A stretch of 64,000 nucleotides of DNA from Camelus ferus (Eukaryota). The notes under the pieces are model-generated. The model searched no databases, was not told the origin of the DNA, and was given only the letters and a program-made list of their open reading frames with translations. The position numbers and the translations under genes were made by a program. Of the stretch, positions 1 through 12,000 are shown one piece after another. Position 1 is the stretch's first letter; every line of letters begins with the position of its first letter. The stretch covers positions 13,454,001 through 13,518,000 of the forward strand of contig NC_045713.1 in NCBI RefSeq assembly GCF_009834535.1. Direction: 5' to 3'.

Positions 1-1900
1 TCCAGCTGACCCAGGTGCTGGGGGAAGGGTGAGGGGGCAGTAATCCTCGTCCACAAATCGTGAGGGACTGGGTTTCCTATCTTGGATGTTCTGGGTGAGA
101 TGTAGGAAGGCAGCACGACTCTTGGCCTGGGAGCAGATGGGAGCCGCAGCTACTTCTAGAGGGCAGAGCCAGGATAACGAGAGTTCTCTGGGGAGCTGAG
201 TCAGAAGTCAGAGGCAGTAAGCTGCCAAGGTGGGGGTGAAGACCAGAGCTGCAGACTGGCTGTGCAATCCACCTTGTGACCCCCAACAGCCCAGCCTGTC
301 TGGCTAGAGGAGAAATAGGGACTGTTCAGCTGATTTTTGCACCAGAGTATTATTAGACCCTCTGCCAGTTCCCAGATTAAGCACCTGCTGTGCGCCAGGC
401 TGGCGTGTGTGCAGAGGTGGACCGACAATGGCGAGGGGGATTCAGTCCGTCTCTTGCAGGAGCACAGGACGTGCCCGGGGCCTTATGTGGATCTCCGCCC
501 CACCCCTGCCACTGCCCTTGATCTCAGGAAAGGCACAAAGCCGGTTCTCTAAAGCGAACTGGCTGGGCAGGGACATCCACTCCTGCCTCCAGGCACCACA
601 GGGTCGTTCTCAGTCTCGTTCCCCTTCTTTCTGCAAACTGGTCCCAAAGGACATGTGTGGTAAACCTTGGCTTGCAGATCCGTGGCCCAGCCTGTTCGGT
701 GCCGTGGATCACCCCTGGGAGCCCAGCCTGCCCCCACCTGGCTGTCATTGGTCTGGATGCTTACCTCTGGTACTGGTCACCCTGACACCCTTAGCTGGCC
801 TGACTGGGATGGGAGAGTTCAGGGGAACGGCAGGGGTGGCGCTGGAGGCTGGTGTGTCACAGCTAACCCTCTCCCTTGGGTGGCTCTGGGGGAAGCAGAA
901 GAACTCAGAGGGTGGGACTGATGGGGTGTGGGGAGCTGGAGTGATGGTCACTTCTGCTTAGGTCTCACCAGCCCAGCACTCGGGAGACACGGCTGCCAGA
1001 GAGTTCAGCCACAGCCTGTGCCCAGGTGGTAGTCGGCTGGCCCGAGGTGGAGGAGGTGAGTGCAGCCAGGTTGGGTCAGGTGGTTGGCCTGGGCCCTAGC
1101 GCTTAGGCTGCTCTTAGACCCAGTGGAGGCTGGTTTGGCATGTGGGTGGCATGTGGCATTGGTCTCAGCTGGGTGTCCCCCAAGGGAGCCCTCCTCTGAC
1201 CCACACCCACGGGCTTACCCCCTCCCTCCTCAGGCCCTGGTGCTCCTGCAGCTCTGGGCAAACATGGATGTGCTACTGGTGGCCTCCTGGCAGGAGCTGA
1301 GTCAGCATGTGTGCACCTTCACCAAGGCCCTTGCCCAGCGCCCCTTCAAGTGCGTGAGCCTCACCCTGCTGGTGGCTGCTGCCAGGAGGGGTGGGGGTAT
1401 GGGGCGGGTGCTCAGGAAAGGTGGACGAAGCCTCTAGGAGCCTCCCCGCACCCTCCCCTGTCCAGGCAGGCCCGGGAGTCGGGGCCCTTTTCCTTCTGCA
1501 CTGCAGGGCGCTGGGCAGCAGGCGAGCGAGTAGCAGGAGATGGCACAGGGCTGCGGGCGGCCTGGTGGCGGCAGATCCAGCAGTTCAACCGGGTCAGCCC
1601 AGCTGTGGCCGATGCTGTTGTCACCGCCTTCCCCTCCCCCCGCCTTCTGCAACAGGTGCTCCCTCTCCCCCAGTCCCTGGTATGGAGGGTCCCCAAGCCC
1701 TGCCCTGCTCATCCCTCTGCCTGCCCTAGGCTTACGTTGCCTGTGGCTCGGAGCAGGAGCGCCTGGCCCTCCTGACTGACCTCCCAGTGAAGATGGGTGA
1801 GGGTGTGCGGCCCCGCAGGGTGGGGCCTGACCTTTCCCGCCGCATCTGCCTCTTCCTGACCACTGACAATCCTGACCTCCTGCTGGACCTGGGCTCCTGA
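1..1900 (+). CDS. EME2: Essential meiotic structure-specific endonuclease subunit 2 (MUS81 partner), 3' part; exons <1-14, 678-769, 962-1055, 1234-1349, 1466-1655, 1730-1900
   Basis: Spliced translation ...QLTQ|[31 protein letters not shown]|SHQP...WPEVEE|[26 protein letters not shown]...|[16 protein letters not shown]...[25 protein letters not shown]|[12 protein letters not shown]...[28 protein letters not shown] matches the EME2 C-terminal half. All introns GT-AG, phases consistent, TGA at 1898-1900. Confidence 0.95.
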
Positions 1901-2436
1901 CCATGCTTCGAGGACCAGGTAGGGCTTCTGCCACCTACTGGCAGGACACGATGCAGCCTGCCCAGGGGACTGACTGCAACCCACAAGGGGCGGTATGCAG
2001 GGAGCAAGAAAACGGGTACAGGTCTGACCCCCAAGGTGGGGGCGGGGGGAGGGGCAGTTCTTGAATAACTGCTATGGGCAGAAGAGAAAATTGTTTTCTT
2101 GCTGGGAGATGCCAAGTGCTTGAAGGTCTGGAGAAGACTGGGGCAGGGTTCACATGCCCTAGGGCCTGTATGTGGGCATAGGGGCTGGTAGCTGGCTGGG
2201 GAGTACCTAAGGTCCCCACTAGGGGAAACGCTGGTCACCTGGAGACTTGAGGAGTAGCACCTTCAAAAAGGAGCAATAAGATAAAGCCTTGAGGAAGGAA
2301 AGAGAATCAGGTTCTCTCTTCCCCAAGGTGCTGACACTCCAACCAGAGAAAAGCTGTGGACACCTGTTGAGCCCCAGGCCCTCAGTCTGACCCCTTTTGT
2401 CCTGCCCATGTGTAAGCATTAGACATAGACTCTAAG

Positions 2437-2442
2437 TTTATT
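2437..2442 (-). terminator. Poly(A) signal AATAAA, probably SPSB3
   Basis: tttatt on + strand, about 410 nt past the SPSB3 stop; first canonical hexamer on that strand. Confidence 0.7.
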
Positions 2443-2496
2443 ACTGTCATTTCAGCCTCAGACAGAAGGAACAGCAGCTGACGACATGCAAAGCAC

Positions 2497-2502
2497 ATTA
2501 AA
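2497..2502 (+). terminator. Poly(A) signal ATTAAA, candidate for EME2
   Basis: First AATAAA/ATTAAA hexamer I found on + after the EME2 stop (about 600 nt downstream). Confidence 0.5.
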
Positions 2503-2853
2503 AAACCCAGGGCCAGCAGCACAGGAAGGGCTGAACTCCTAGGAAGCCACCCTCCTTGCAGAGAGCAGACCCCAGCCCCCAGGCTCTCCTCCCAGGCCTG
2601 CAGCCTGGGTCCAGCAGCAATAGGGCAGCAGCTCCCCTGAGACTGAGGAAAGTGGCTGCTCCCACACCTGGCCCAGGACGCAGACAGACTCAGACAGGCC
2701 TGGTCTCGGGATCACTGGGCCACGGCCCCGGAGCCTCCACAGCCAGGCCTGTCCCAGCCTCTGGCGGCTCAGCCCACCTTCCCGTGTTGCCCTGGGGGGT
2801 GTTGGGAGAAAGGAGGGGGAACACCATCCAGCCCCTCATCTCCGTGGGGTGAG

Positions 2854-5800
2854 CTAGGTCCTTCGGCAGCGCTTCCTCTGGCAGCGCTGGGGCTCGGGGC
2901 TGCTGGGATCGGCCGGGGGTGAGGGTGTGGGTGTGGGAGGCTGGTGGTGGGCACAGCTCATGCTCAGGACCCAGCCCAGCTTGTGGTGCAGCACCTGCTT
3001 GAGGCCAGGCGGCAGGGGCAGGCCCTCGAGCGTGTCCCCGGAGTCAGGCCGAAGCTGGCGCAGGCGGTAGCAGCACAGGTACTGCAGGGAGGTGATGCTG
3101 GCGCAGGAGCGGATCACCTTCATGCTGCTCTTGGCTGCGGTGGAGCACACCATTGGGTAGAACCTCTTGTTCTGCAGCTTGGTAGCCGCCACTCCTGGTT
3201 GGGGTGGGAAGGCGCACAGCCTGAACCCCAGGCTCAGGCCGTCCTGGGAGGTCCTCCTAGGGTGACTAAGGATGCTGGGATTCCCACCCAGCCCTTCCTC
3301 ATTTGGGGCCCCTTGGACCTCAGGCTTCTATGAGGACAGCCTTTCTGGAAGCGGGGGGCCCTCAACCTGGTCCATACCAGGGGCTCAATGGCAGCTGCGC
3401 TCCACAGCCAGGTGTCAAGGTCACACCCTCACCTATGCACTTCCTGTTCTTAAAAAAGGTGAGCGTCCCATGCCAGGTGTCCAGGTGCACGCCGATGATG
3501 GAGCCTTGGCCGAACCGTGAGGAGAAGCTCATCTTGTCACCCTTGTGGTGGAGGAGCCCTGGGGGCAGTGGGGGCGGGGTAAGCCTGGGTGTCTTGAGCC
3601 CCCGCAGCCCTGCCCGCCCTGGGGGCCCATGCACCTGTGTAGGAGAGGCCCCAGCTGTCCTCATCCCTGCCGAGCAGGCTGCAGAATGTGTGGTGGTACT
3701 TGTCCAGGTCCACGTCCGACGTCCCGATGCCCACCATCTGGGAAGAGTGGGGCTGGCAGAGGGGGCTCGGGACCAGGGCACCTAGCAGCTCCCCCTGCGC
3801 CCCGCCAACCACTTACCATGTCGGTGCCATAGACGGGGGAGGTCATCTTGATCTCCCAAAAGTGCTGGCCCTCCCCCAGCTCCTTGGTGCCCCGAATGGC
3901 TGCAGTGCCGCAGCTGTACTCCATGTGGAAGTTGACCTTTCGGTTGTCGCAGCTCAGCAGGGTGGCTGAGGACTTGTTCAGGTCGTCCCAGACCCAATCA
4001 AAGTCTGCAAGAGCAAGAGGCCCGGGCTGGGCAGGCTCCCCGTGGCCCCGGAGGCCCCACCCACCCACCCTGCAGCCCCACCCGGCGCTCACACTCGTCC
4101 TCCTCCCCGCAGCGGCAGTCCCTGCCCCGGTGGGCCGTGTGCAGGCTGCCACAGAAGGCCTCTCTCTGACTGTCACAGTCGCAGAAGGACTCCCCAGTCA
4201 CAGGCACAGCGCTGGGGATGGACGACGGCAGGGACGAGTACTCAGGGTCCGAATCCGAGTCGCTGTGCTGAGAGGAAGGGGCCATCTGTTCCCACCTGCC
4301 CTACCCTCCACTGGCCCCACCTGACCCCTTCCTCTACTGGCCCCAGTGCCCACCGTAGGCCAAAGAAGAGTCTGGGGGTCTGGCCTCAAAGGGCTTCCTC
4401 AGGTCTCAAGGGCACAGCCAACCACCCCTTCTATACTGCCAGCCATGGCGACCCTGGACACCTCTTCCTGGCTCAGGAGCTGGGAGGGCCTCCTTCCCAA
4501 AGGCCTACCACCCTGGTGGCTTCCTGGGAGTAGAGCAGAGGGCCCTGGAGGCCTGGCTGCTACTCAGCCCCAAGGCAGGGCTGCACCCTCAGCCATCCAT
4601 CACTGTCCAGACAACTACATCACAGATAAAGATGAAGCCACACAGCAAAGTACTCTGCTGACCTAACAAAAGCAGCTTGGTCTCCCCACAGCAGCCTGGC
4701 TCAGGCAAGAGCTGAGCACCATGGTAGGGCCTGCACACCTGTCCTGGGCTATGGCACCCTCACCATCCTCACAGAGTTGGCTCTCAACCCCCATCACAGC
4801 CCTGATAAGCCCCGCGGTCTTTTGCTACCTCATGCAGGAAAACGTTCTGTGGGGACTTGGCCCTCTACAGGAGGACTCAGTCCTCGAAGTACGGACTCCG
4901 AGCTTTGAGGTCATGATCTCAGGCCAGCGGCCAAACACTAAGTGAACCGGTCCAGTTCCAGGGACTGGCTGACTGACAGACCCTCCTGGAGGCCAGCCAG
5001 GTGCTCTCTGTGCACCTTGTCATTCCTGCTCTGCAGCCACACGGGCCCCTCCAGACACCTGCCTGGGCTCAGGACCCCCAGCCGACTGGTGAGGGGCTGG
5101 AGTCTGACTCCCCAGGGCCAGTGGATGCAGACAGACCCCATGTGCCTGCTCTCCCAGCCTGCCCAGCCGGCCTGGGGTCCTGGTTGGGCTCTGGCCTCCA
5201 CCCTCACTCTTCTGGCCTCTGGCACCCTCTGCACAGTGGTCCCAGTGACCTGCTCAGAGCTGAGAATCCTGCTGCCCTGAGAACAAAGCCTATGCCCTCT
5301 TCCTCTGCCCTGCCCACCTGTCCACTCCCTCCTTGGGGCAGGGGTCTCTTTGCCCCTGGATTGCAGCTTTCAGATGTCACGTCAAAGAGGCTCCTCCTGC
5401 CCTTCCCTCCACATCCTCTTCTCACTGGCTCCTGACACTCCTTGGTCCTGCTGATCTGCCTCCTGTCCCCAGTACTGAGTTTCTCTACTATTACACTCAG
5501 CCTCACGCACCACACAGAAACTCCATGAATCAAGGGCAGAAGCTGAATTCAGGGAGTGAGGAGACTGCACCCCAGGCAGCAGCCTGGGGCCCAGACCTGA
5601 GTGTTGCAGTCCCCAGGGGTCAAACTGGTTGGCACCCAGCTCCCAACCCCCAGGCAGGGCACAGCCACAGCCCCACCACAAGCCATGAGAACTCAGGGCA
5701 GAAAGGACAGGAATGTACATGTTCAGCCTTCAAAGATGCTGGGATGACACATTCTCTCACCCACACAAGTACTCTAGGCCCATCAGGTGACTGAACAAGC

Positions 5801-7033
5801 CACAGGTGTGTGTCAGACACTGTACCCCCAACCCTGGACACCTCCCACATCCCACAGCCATGAGCCAGCAAGGCAGGGACTGATACAAGAAAAGACTGCT
5901 CCAGGCCACGTGGTCAGTGGGAGCTGGGGGCGGAACAGGAATGCAGGCTGGGGCCTCTTGCTGGCTGGGGCAGGGAGCTAAGGGAGGCCCCAGGAAGGGG
6001 GCCTAGCACTCGGCCAGCTCAGAATCATCACCTCCAATTCTCCCCCAAGGCCTGGTGATTCCACGGGGCTCAGCTTCCCTCATGCTGGGGAGGAGAGGCT
6101 CCCACCCCTGCCCAGGACACCTGGCTGAGCCAGGACCCCAGTGCAAGGTGGCTGTGACAGAGAAGAACCAAGTTACCCACAGATTACTCCTGCAGGAAGC
6201 AGCAGAGGTGACTCAGCCAAAGCCTAGCTCTGGTCCAGGAGGTTCAGGAAGCTGCCTGTGAAGCCATCCCCACATGCCTCCACCACAAGCACGAAGGCCA
6301 CACAGCCCCGCCACCCCACCCTGCTGCACAGTGAGGCTCTTCTTGCAAACCTCCAGGTACCTCAGGAACCTGCACTACAGACAAGACAGCTGAGCTGCTC
6401 CTCTCACAGCCTCCATGATCCTGGGCCTCCCAGAGCTCAGGGTCTCAGAGCACGGGAAGGCTCAGGAATATTAGTCTTTAAGAATTGAAATTCTTTTTTT
6501 AGAGGCACACACACAAATATAGAGTATGGATCTGAATGAGCAAAGGAAATGTCCAGAAAGTTGCACTTCAAGTTAACAATAGCTATTTTTGGAAATTGGT
6601 TAAATGGAATGGAGAAGTTGCTGTTAAACAAAATGACCAAAGTACCTGCTGACACCCTCTTCGGAGAAAAACACACAAAGGAACGTGGTGTCTGCTTTGA
6701 GGTCCTGCCACCCAGGGCCACGTGGGTCCTTAACCAGCGTAAAGTGCCTGGGCAAGCAGAGCACACACAGGACAGCAGGGCCTGAGGCTGGCCCCATCCT
6801 CTGCTCTCGGGAGCATCTTCCCCTTTGAGTCCTAACTCAGGCAATACCTGCCTTGGGTGTCTCCTCACCTTAGTCCAGCCAAGCCCGCCCCCTCCACTGG
6901 AACCTACCTGCCCATCAGAGTCATAGCCCCAGCTGGTGGACCCTGCCAGAGCCACAGCCCGGGCATCAGCGTCTCGACGGGCTGCGCTCAGGACAAAGTG
7001 CCACGCTCTGCTGCTCCGGGGACGCCTGGCCAT
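2854..7033 (-). CDS. SPSB3: SPRY domain and SOCS box protein 3 (CRL5 substrate receptor), 352 aa; exons 7033-6908, 4267-4093, 4004-3817, 3737-3635, 3558-3433, 3194-2854
   Basis: [31 protein letters not shown]... start in a CCACCATGG Kozak context. SPRY motifs [29 protein letters not shown]; SOCS box [14 protein letters not shown]...[11 protein letters not shown]; C-terminal QRKRCRRT*. Exons sum to 1059 nt; all GT-AG. Confidence 0.97.
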
Positions 7034-7249
7034 GGTGGACAGGATCTGGAAGGAAGCACAGGGTCTGAGCAGAGGAAGATAAGCAGCACACTGGTAGGTA
7101 TCCAAACGCCCCCTGCACTCAGGCCCCCAGCCTGCACCAGCCCACCCAGGGCTCCAGAACTCTCTTCAAAAGCGTATACCTCACTCCAGTGTCCAAGCAC
7201 CTTGATAAAACCCAAGTAGAGAGCCTGGAGCACCATCCAGACATCCATG

Positions 7250-7760
7250 ACTCTTGAATGCCTGTCTTAGCCCCTCTGCAAGCTCAGCCTCAGGAACCCA
7301 GCTGTCCGACTTGCATGTCTCTCGGGCATCTCAAACCTGGCCTGCTCCTTCTCTGTTGACCAGCTGGATAAATGGTTATCTCCAACCTCCAGGTTCCTCA
7401 TGCCAGACACACAGCAGTCACACACTGCAGTCATCCCCAACACATCTTTCCTCCCTCTCATCCTGGCGTCACAGCCCTCCACACCCCACCACACCACCTC
7501 TGAAACATGTCCTGAATCCATCTCCATCCCTGCTTGCCTGTCCCGCCCCCACAAAACGCGCCTTCAGTATGGCTCCTCCCACTTCATTCACTATACCCAA
7601 GCTTTCTGGGAAATACAAATTTTAAGCCAACGAATTTTTAAATTCCTTAGGGTTTGCGTTGTTCTTAAGATAATATGCAATATCCTACAGAGCCCATCAC
7701 GCTCTGGCCCCGTCCCAGCTGCGAGATCTTTCCTGCCCTTTGCCCAGAATGCCTTCTCTT
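7250..7760 (+). mobile_element. Degraded L2 LINE 3' fragment in SPSB3 intron 1
   Basis: L2-like words (tgtctctcgggcatctcaaac, ctgaatccatctccatccct). Family recalled from memory; boundaries approximate. Confidence 0.45.
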
Positions 7761-7999
7761 TAGCTCTCATTTCCATGTCAGACTTAAAATAGTTAAGTCG
7801 ATTTCTGTGACCATCTACTTCCTGGCTCTCCCCTGGACTGAAAACCTCAGGAGGGCTGGGACGGTCCCCCAGCCACCACCCCGAGGGAGCGTCAGTGAAA
7901 GCAATGGCACAGCTTTCGAGGGATGGGAGTTCGTCTTCAGACCAGCGTCGCTCTGTCCAGCAACGCCTGCCGGTCTCCGAGCTTAAGTGGAGCCAGCTA

Positions 8000-9060
8000 T
8001 AGTGTGCCCGACCCAATCCCCGCTCGCCACCTCGGCACACACAGTAGGTGCCATGCTATGCACGCCAAATGCACGGCCCGGACACTGACCCCGCTGCGAA
8101 GCCAGGCAGCGCGCCCCCAGACCTCGCAGCAGTCGGCTGCTTCCCAATCCGGCATCGCACTCTCAGGGTCGGGCGGTGTTGCGGGGTTCCGCCCGCGCCG
8201 CGCGCTGGCAACCCGCCTGCCGCCCCGCCCGGCCTGCGGCGCAGAGACTCGACCGCCTCGCCCGCCTCGCCCGCCTCGCCGGGGCGCCGCCGCCGCAGGA
8301 ACAAAGGTGCGCAGGCCCTGCCGCCCGCGGCTCCGCAAGGTCGGCGGGTGCGGCGGGGTACCGAGCCGGGCGGGACGGCGGGGACCGAGAGTCCTGTAGA
8401 CGTGCTGACGCGGCTCGCCGCTCACCTGCAGCCGCCCTGCCGCCGCCGCGCTGCGCCGGGGCTGGCCGTGACCTACTTTCTGCTCCCGAGCGAGACGTAA
8501 ACAATCCCCGCCCCCGCACCGCATTGGCCCCGCAGCGCGCGCGGCTCGGATCTTCGGGAGGGGGGCGGGCCTCGCAGCACATACTTCTTGCTCAGAGGCT
8601 CTTGGACTTGTCAATCTTAATATGACGTCCCCATTGGTCACATCTCAAACTGTCTCAGACAAGGCCTGCGCGCCCATTGGACTTGGGGCGAGGAAAAGAG
8701 GCGGTCCCACGTTCGGGCGTTGATACGGAAGTGAGTCCCTTTCCTGTGCGTCGCCTGCGTCTGAACAGGCGTGCACCTGTAGTGCGGTCTGATTGGCTGA
8801 AGATAGCGCGAATAGGCCTATCAAGAGGAGCCAGGGGCGTGCTCGCACTTCCCATTGGTCTAAGGGCGCTTCACTCAGGCTGGGAGGCGGGCAGAAGCGG
8901 AAGGAAGCCGTGTGGCTACCCAGGCAGGATGGAGGCGGCCGTGGGTGAGTGTGGTGGGTTTCGGGGTCTCCCCCTTCGCAGGCGTGAAGGGGAGAGTGAA
9001 GGAGCTGGCACGCAGCGGCTGGCCGGGTCTCTTGGTTTTAGCACACCGTCTGTTTACAGC
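8000..9060. promoter_or_regulatory. CpG island; bidirectional SPSB3/NUBP2 promoter
   Basis: Very CpG-dense. Five ATTGG (reverse CCAAT) at 8523, 8633, 8676, 8792, 8854; ETS/GABP-like CGGAAGTG at 8726-8733 and CGGAAGGAAG at about 8898. Lies between the SPSB3 first-exon donor (8425) and the NUBP2 ATG (8929). Confidence 0.9.
8426..8500 (-). other. SPSB3: SPSB3 non-coding first exon (5' end approximate)
   Basis: Strong donor CAG|GTGAG at 8425 inside the CpG island. The ATG exon has an acceptor (ttccttccag, 7046-7047) only 12 nt upstream of the ATG, so an upstream exon is needed. Confidence 0.7.
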
Positions 9061-12000
9061 GTAAAGGTCGCAGAGGTGCCCCTGTATGTGTTTGGTCACT
9101 ATGGCGCTTAGAAAGAAGTCTTGAATAAGGGGTTCTGGTAGCTCACAGCGGAAAGAATGTGATAATGAATATATATATGTTCATGTATAACTGAAAAATT
9201 GTGCTCTACACTAGAATTTGACACAACATTGTAAAATGGCTATAACTCAAAAGTGTAAAAAAAGGGGGGTTAAAAAAAGGAAAAGCGAAATATCGCATAA
9301 TCTTAGTTTTTTGTAGAAACATTATTCTAACTTTAAAAGCCTTGATTTTTAAAAAGTGAAAGTCTTGTGGGACAGAATATAGACATAAAGTTGGGCTCAA
9401 TCAGGTCTACAAAGAGTAGCCAGACAGACCTTTATTAGTAGCGATTTGCCACATTATCTTCTAAAAGATCTCAGGTCTGGTATCTTGGGCACAAAGCTTT
9501 CATAATGCTGGACTCATCCATCAGATTATAAACATAAAACTGGAGAAAAAAACCTGAAAAAGCTTGTTAGGATAAGGGCAGACTTGCTACAAGGTGAGAG
9601 GAATATCTCTAGTTTGATTGATGAAGGTTTTTTTTTTTTTTTTTTTTTTTTAACTAGGGGGAAAATGAGTATAGAAATTCAAAAAGCCTAACGGGGTATG
9701 CAGTAAACTTCCTTGTTCCTAGAGGCAACTGTATCTTTCTATAAAGATTCTTTACAAGTAAAAATTTCCATACTCATCTGTTGTATCAAATAATCATTAT
9801 GTGGTTGGACTTAAGGCTCTTTATCCATACAGGGGGCCCCCCACTTCCCTCCATGGGGAGATACTGCTTTTCTTTGCCCCTTCCAGTGCAGCCTTTCACA
9901 TCTAGTGGGCACCCAGGTTATCTTTGATAATCTGTCCATAAACTTTTTCCATTTACTTACGAGTGAAGTTTTTTCTGGTTGGCTCGTAAGGATTGTTGTC
10001 TGAGAAGTTCACAGCCTGAAGGGAGCAGGATTGTCCTGTTTGATGCTCAGGCAGATAAAATTCCCCAGCCTCACAAGTGAAGAAAGCCAGTCGTCAGTAT
10101 TAGGAACTTGGTGGTGCAGCACCCGCACAAAGGGCGAGTAGAAATCAGGACCCAGGTCTGCTCTTTCCCAAGTTCCCACCAGAGCAGCCACTGCCCCCAC
10201 CTCCCCAAGAAAAAGGGCGAAATTGATTCCCAAGTGCTTTTTGATATTAAAGCAATTTAAGTAATAGGTTTTTAAACTGTCACAGAGGTGATCTTAAGGG
10301 CACAGTGTCCAGGGCTTATATTTGCAGGCAGTGATCTGGGTGGTTGGGTGGGGGTCTCCTTTCTTTGTTACCTGAAAAGATCTCTCAGCCCCCAGTACTG
10401 GGAGGAGACCCAGGACAGGCACTGTAATGCATTTATGACAAGGACCTTTGGAAAGCCAGGCCAGGAGCCCTCTGAGTTCTTTCTCGGGGGGCTTTGGTGG
10501 CATGGGCCTTTGAACCTACCCCATGAGAGATGAGTCAGGAGGAGGGCAGTATTTATTGACCTTTTGTTGAGCCCCTTCTGGGGACCCGGGCATGCAGTGA
10601 GGGTAGTGGAGCGAGCAGCTTGGAGGCCAGGCAGGAGTCTGGATGCTGAGGTCCTAAGGGCGCTGGAGCAAGAACTTGGGGGTTTTGCAGGGGCTGAGGG
10701 TTGTGTGCAGACAGCAGCCCTGTGGGGGTGGCAGGGATTGGGATGGTAAGTATTTATTGGGTAGCATTTCAGGCTCAGTGGAAGGAAGAGGAGCTGGGGC
10801 AGAGTGGCCTGTGGCCGACAGGGCTCTACAGAATGGTTGGGCCAGGGCCTGCCCTTGTGTACCCAGGGTTTCTTAAGGCATGACCTCAAGCCATCAAGAT
10901 GGCCTGACATCCACACCCACACATGATTGTGGCTGCTCTGATCCCAGAGTTGTAACATCCCTCCTGAGAACTGGAGGCTGGGGCTGCCTTGAGTTCCTCT
11001 TCTGACCCCAGGGGAGGGGGCTGGGCGCCTGCAGGTCAGACCAGAAAGCTGCCTTGGCACAGCTGTACCTCCTGGCTGTAAGGACGACCCTATTACATTA
11101 GTCTCTGCCCACTTCCCTTGGAATCAGCTGGGAGCCGGCAATCTTTGGCCCCTGTGCCTGTGGGCTCACAGGTGTGCAGTCCCAGGTGTGCACGTTGGAA
11201 GGAGGAGTGGTTTGAGGCATTTCTTGCCCCAGCAGCCCTGCTCCAGATGGAGTGGGAGCAGCCGCTTTTAAGGAACAAGATGGTTGGGTCTGAGGCCTCT
11301 TGGAAGCCCTTCTGCCGTGTGTCAGGGTGAAGGGGCAGGTCTCAGGGAAGTGCCCGGTGACCCCACAGTGAGTGAGCAGTGGAGAGTGTCCAGGGCAAAG
11401 GCAAAGCCCTGCCCTCTTCCCCCGTTGTCCTTTTGACCAGAGCCCGGAAACCTGGCTGGCGTCCGACACATCATCCTCGTCCTCTCGGGAAAGGGGGGCG
11501 TCGGGAAAAGCACCATCTCCACGGAGCTGGCCCTGGCCCTGCGCCATGCGGGGAAGAAGGTGAGAGCCTCCTATCCAATCATGGTATCTGTTCTCCCCTA
11601 ACGCCCGCGCCAGCTGCCCCTCGTGGGTGGACACGTGGGCAGTGGCTGGGTTCTTCCTGCCTGGTGGTGCTGGTCCTAGGGAGGCCCCTACATGCCAGTG
11701 GCTGTCCTGCCTCCTTGCAGGTGGGGATCCTCGACGTGGACCTGTGCGGCCCCAGCATCCCCCACATGCTCAAGGTGCAGGGCCAGGCTGTGCATCAGTG
11801 TGACGGAGGTTGGGTCCCAGTTTTCGTGGACCAGGCGCAGAGCATCTCTCTCATGTCCGTGGGCTTCCTGCTGGAGAAGCCAGATGAGGCTGTGGTGTGG
11901 AGGGGCCCCAAGAAGAACGGTAACAACCCGGGGGAAGGGGGACAGCACCGCCAGCCTCCTGGCCTCTCCTAGCTGCCCCCTCAGTGCTCAGTTAGAAAGC

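Noticed and set aside
8253-8279. (ccgcctcgc)3 tandem
   Set aside because: Short slippage repeat in a CpG island with no further support for function.
7923-8641. Stacked Arg/Pro/Ala-rich ORFs (139-214 aa)
   Set aside because: CpG-island sequence is depleted of stop codons.
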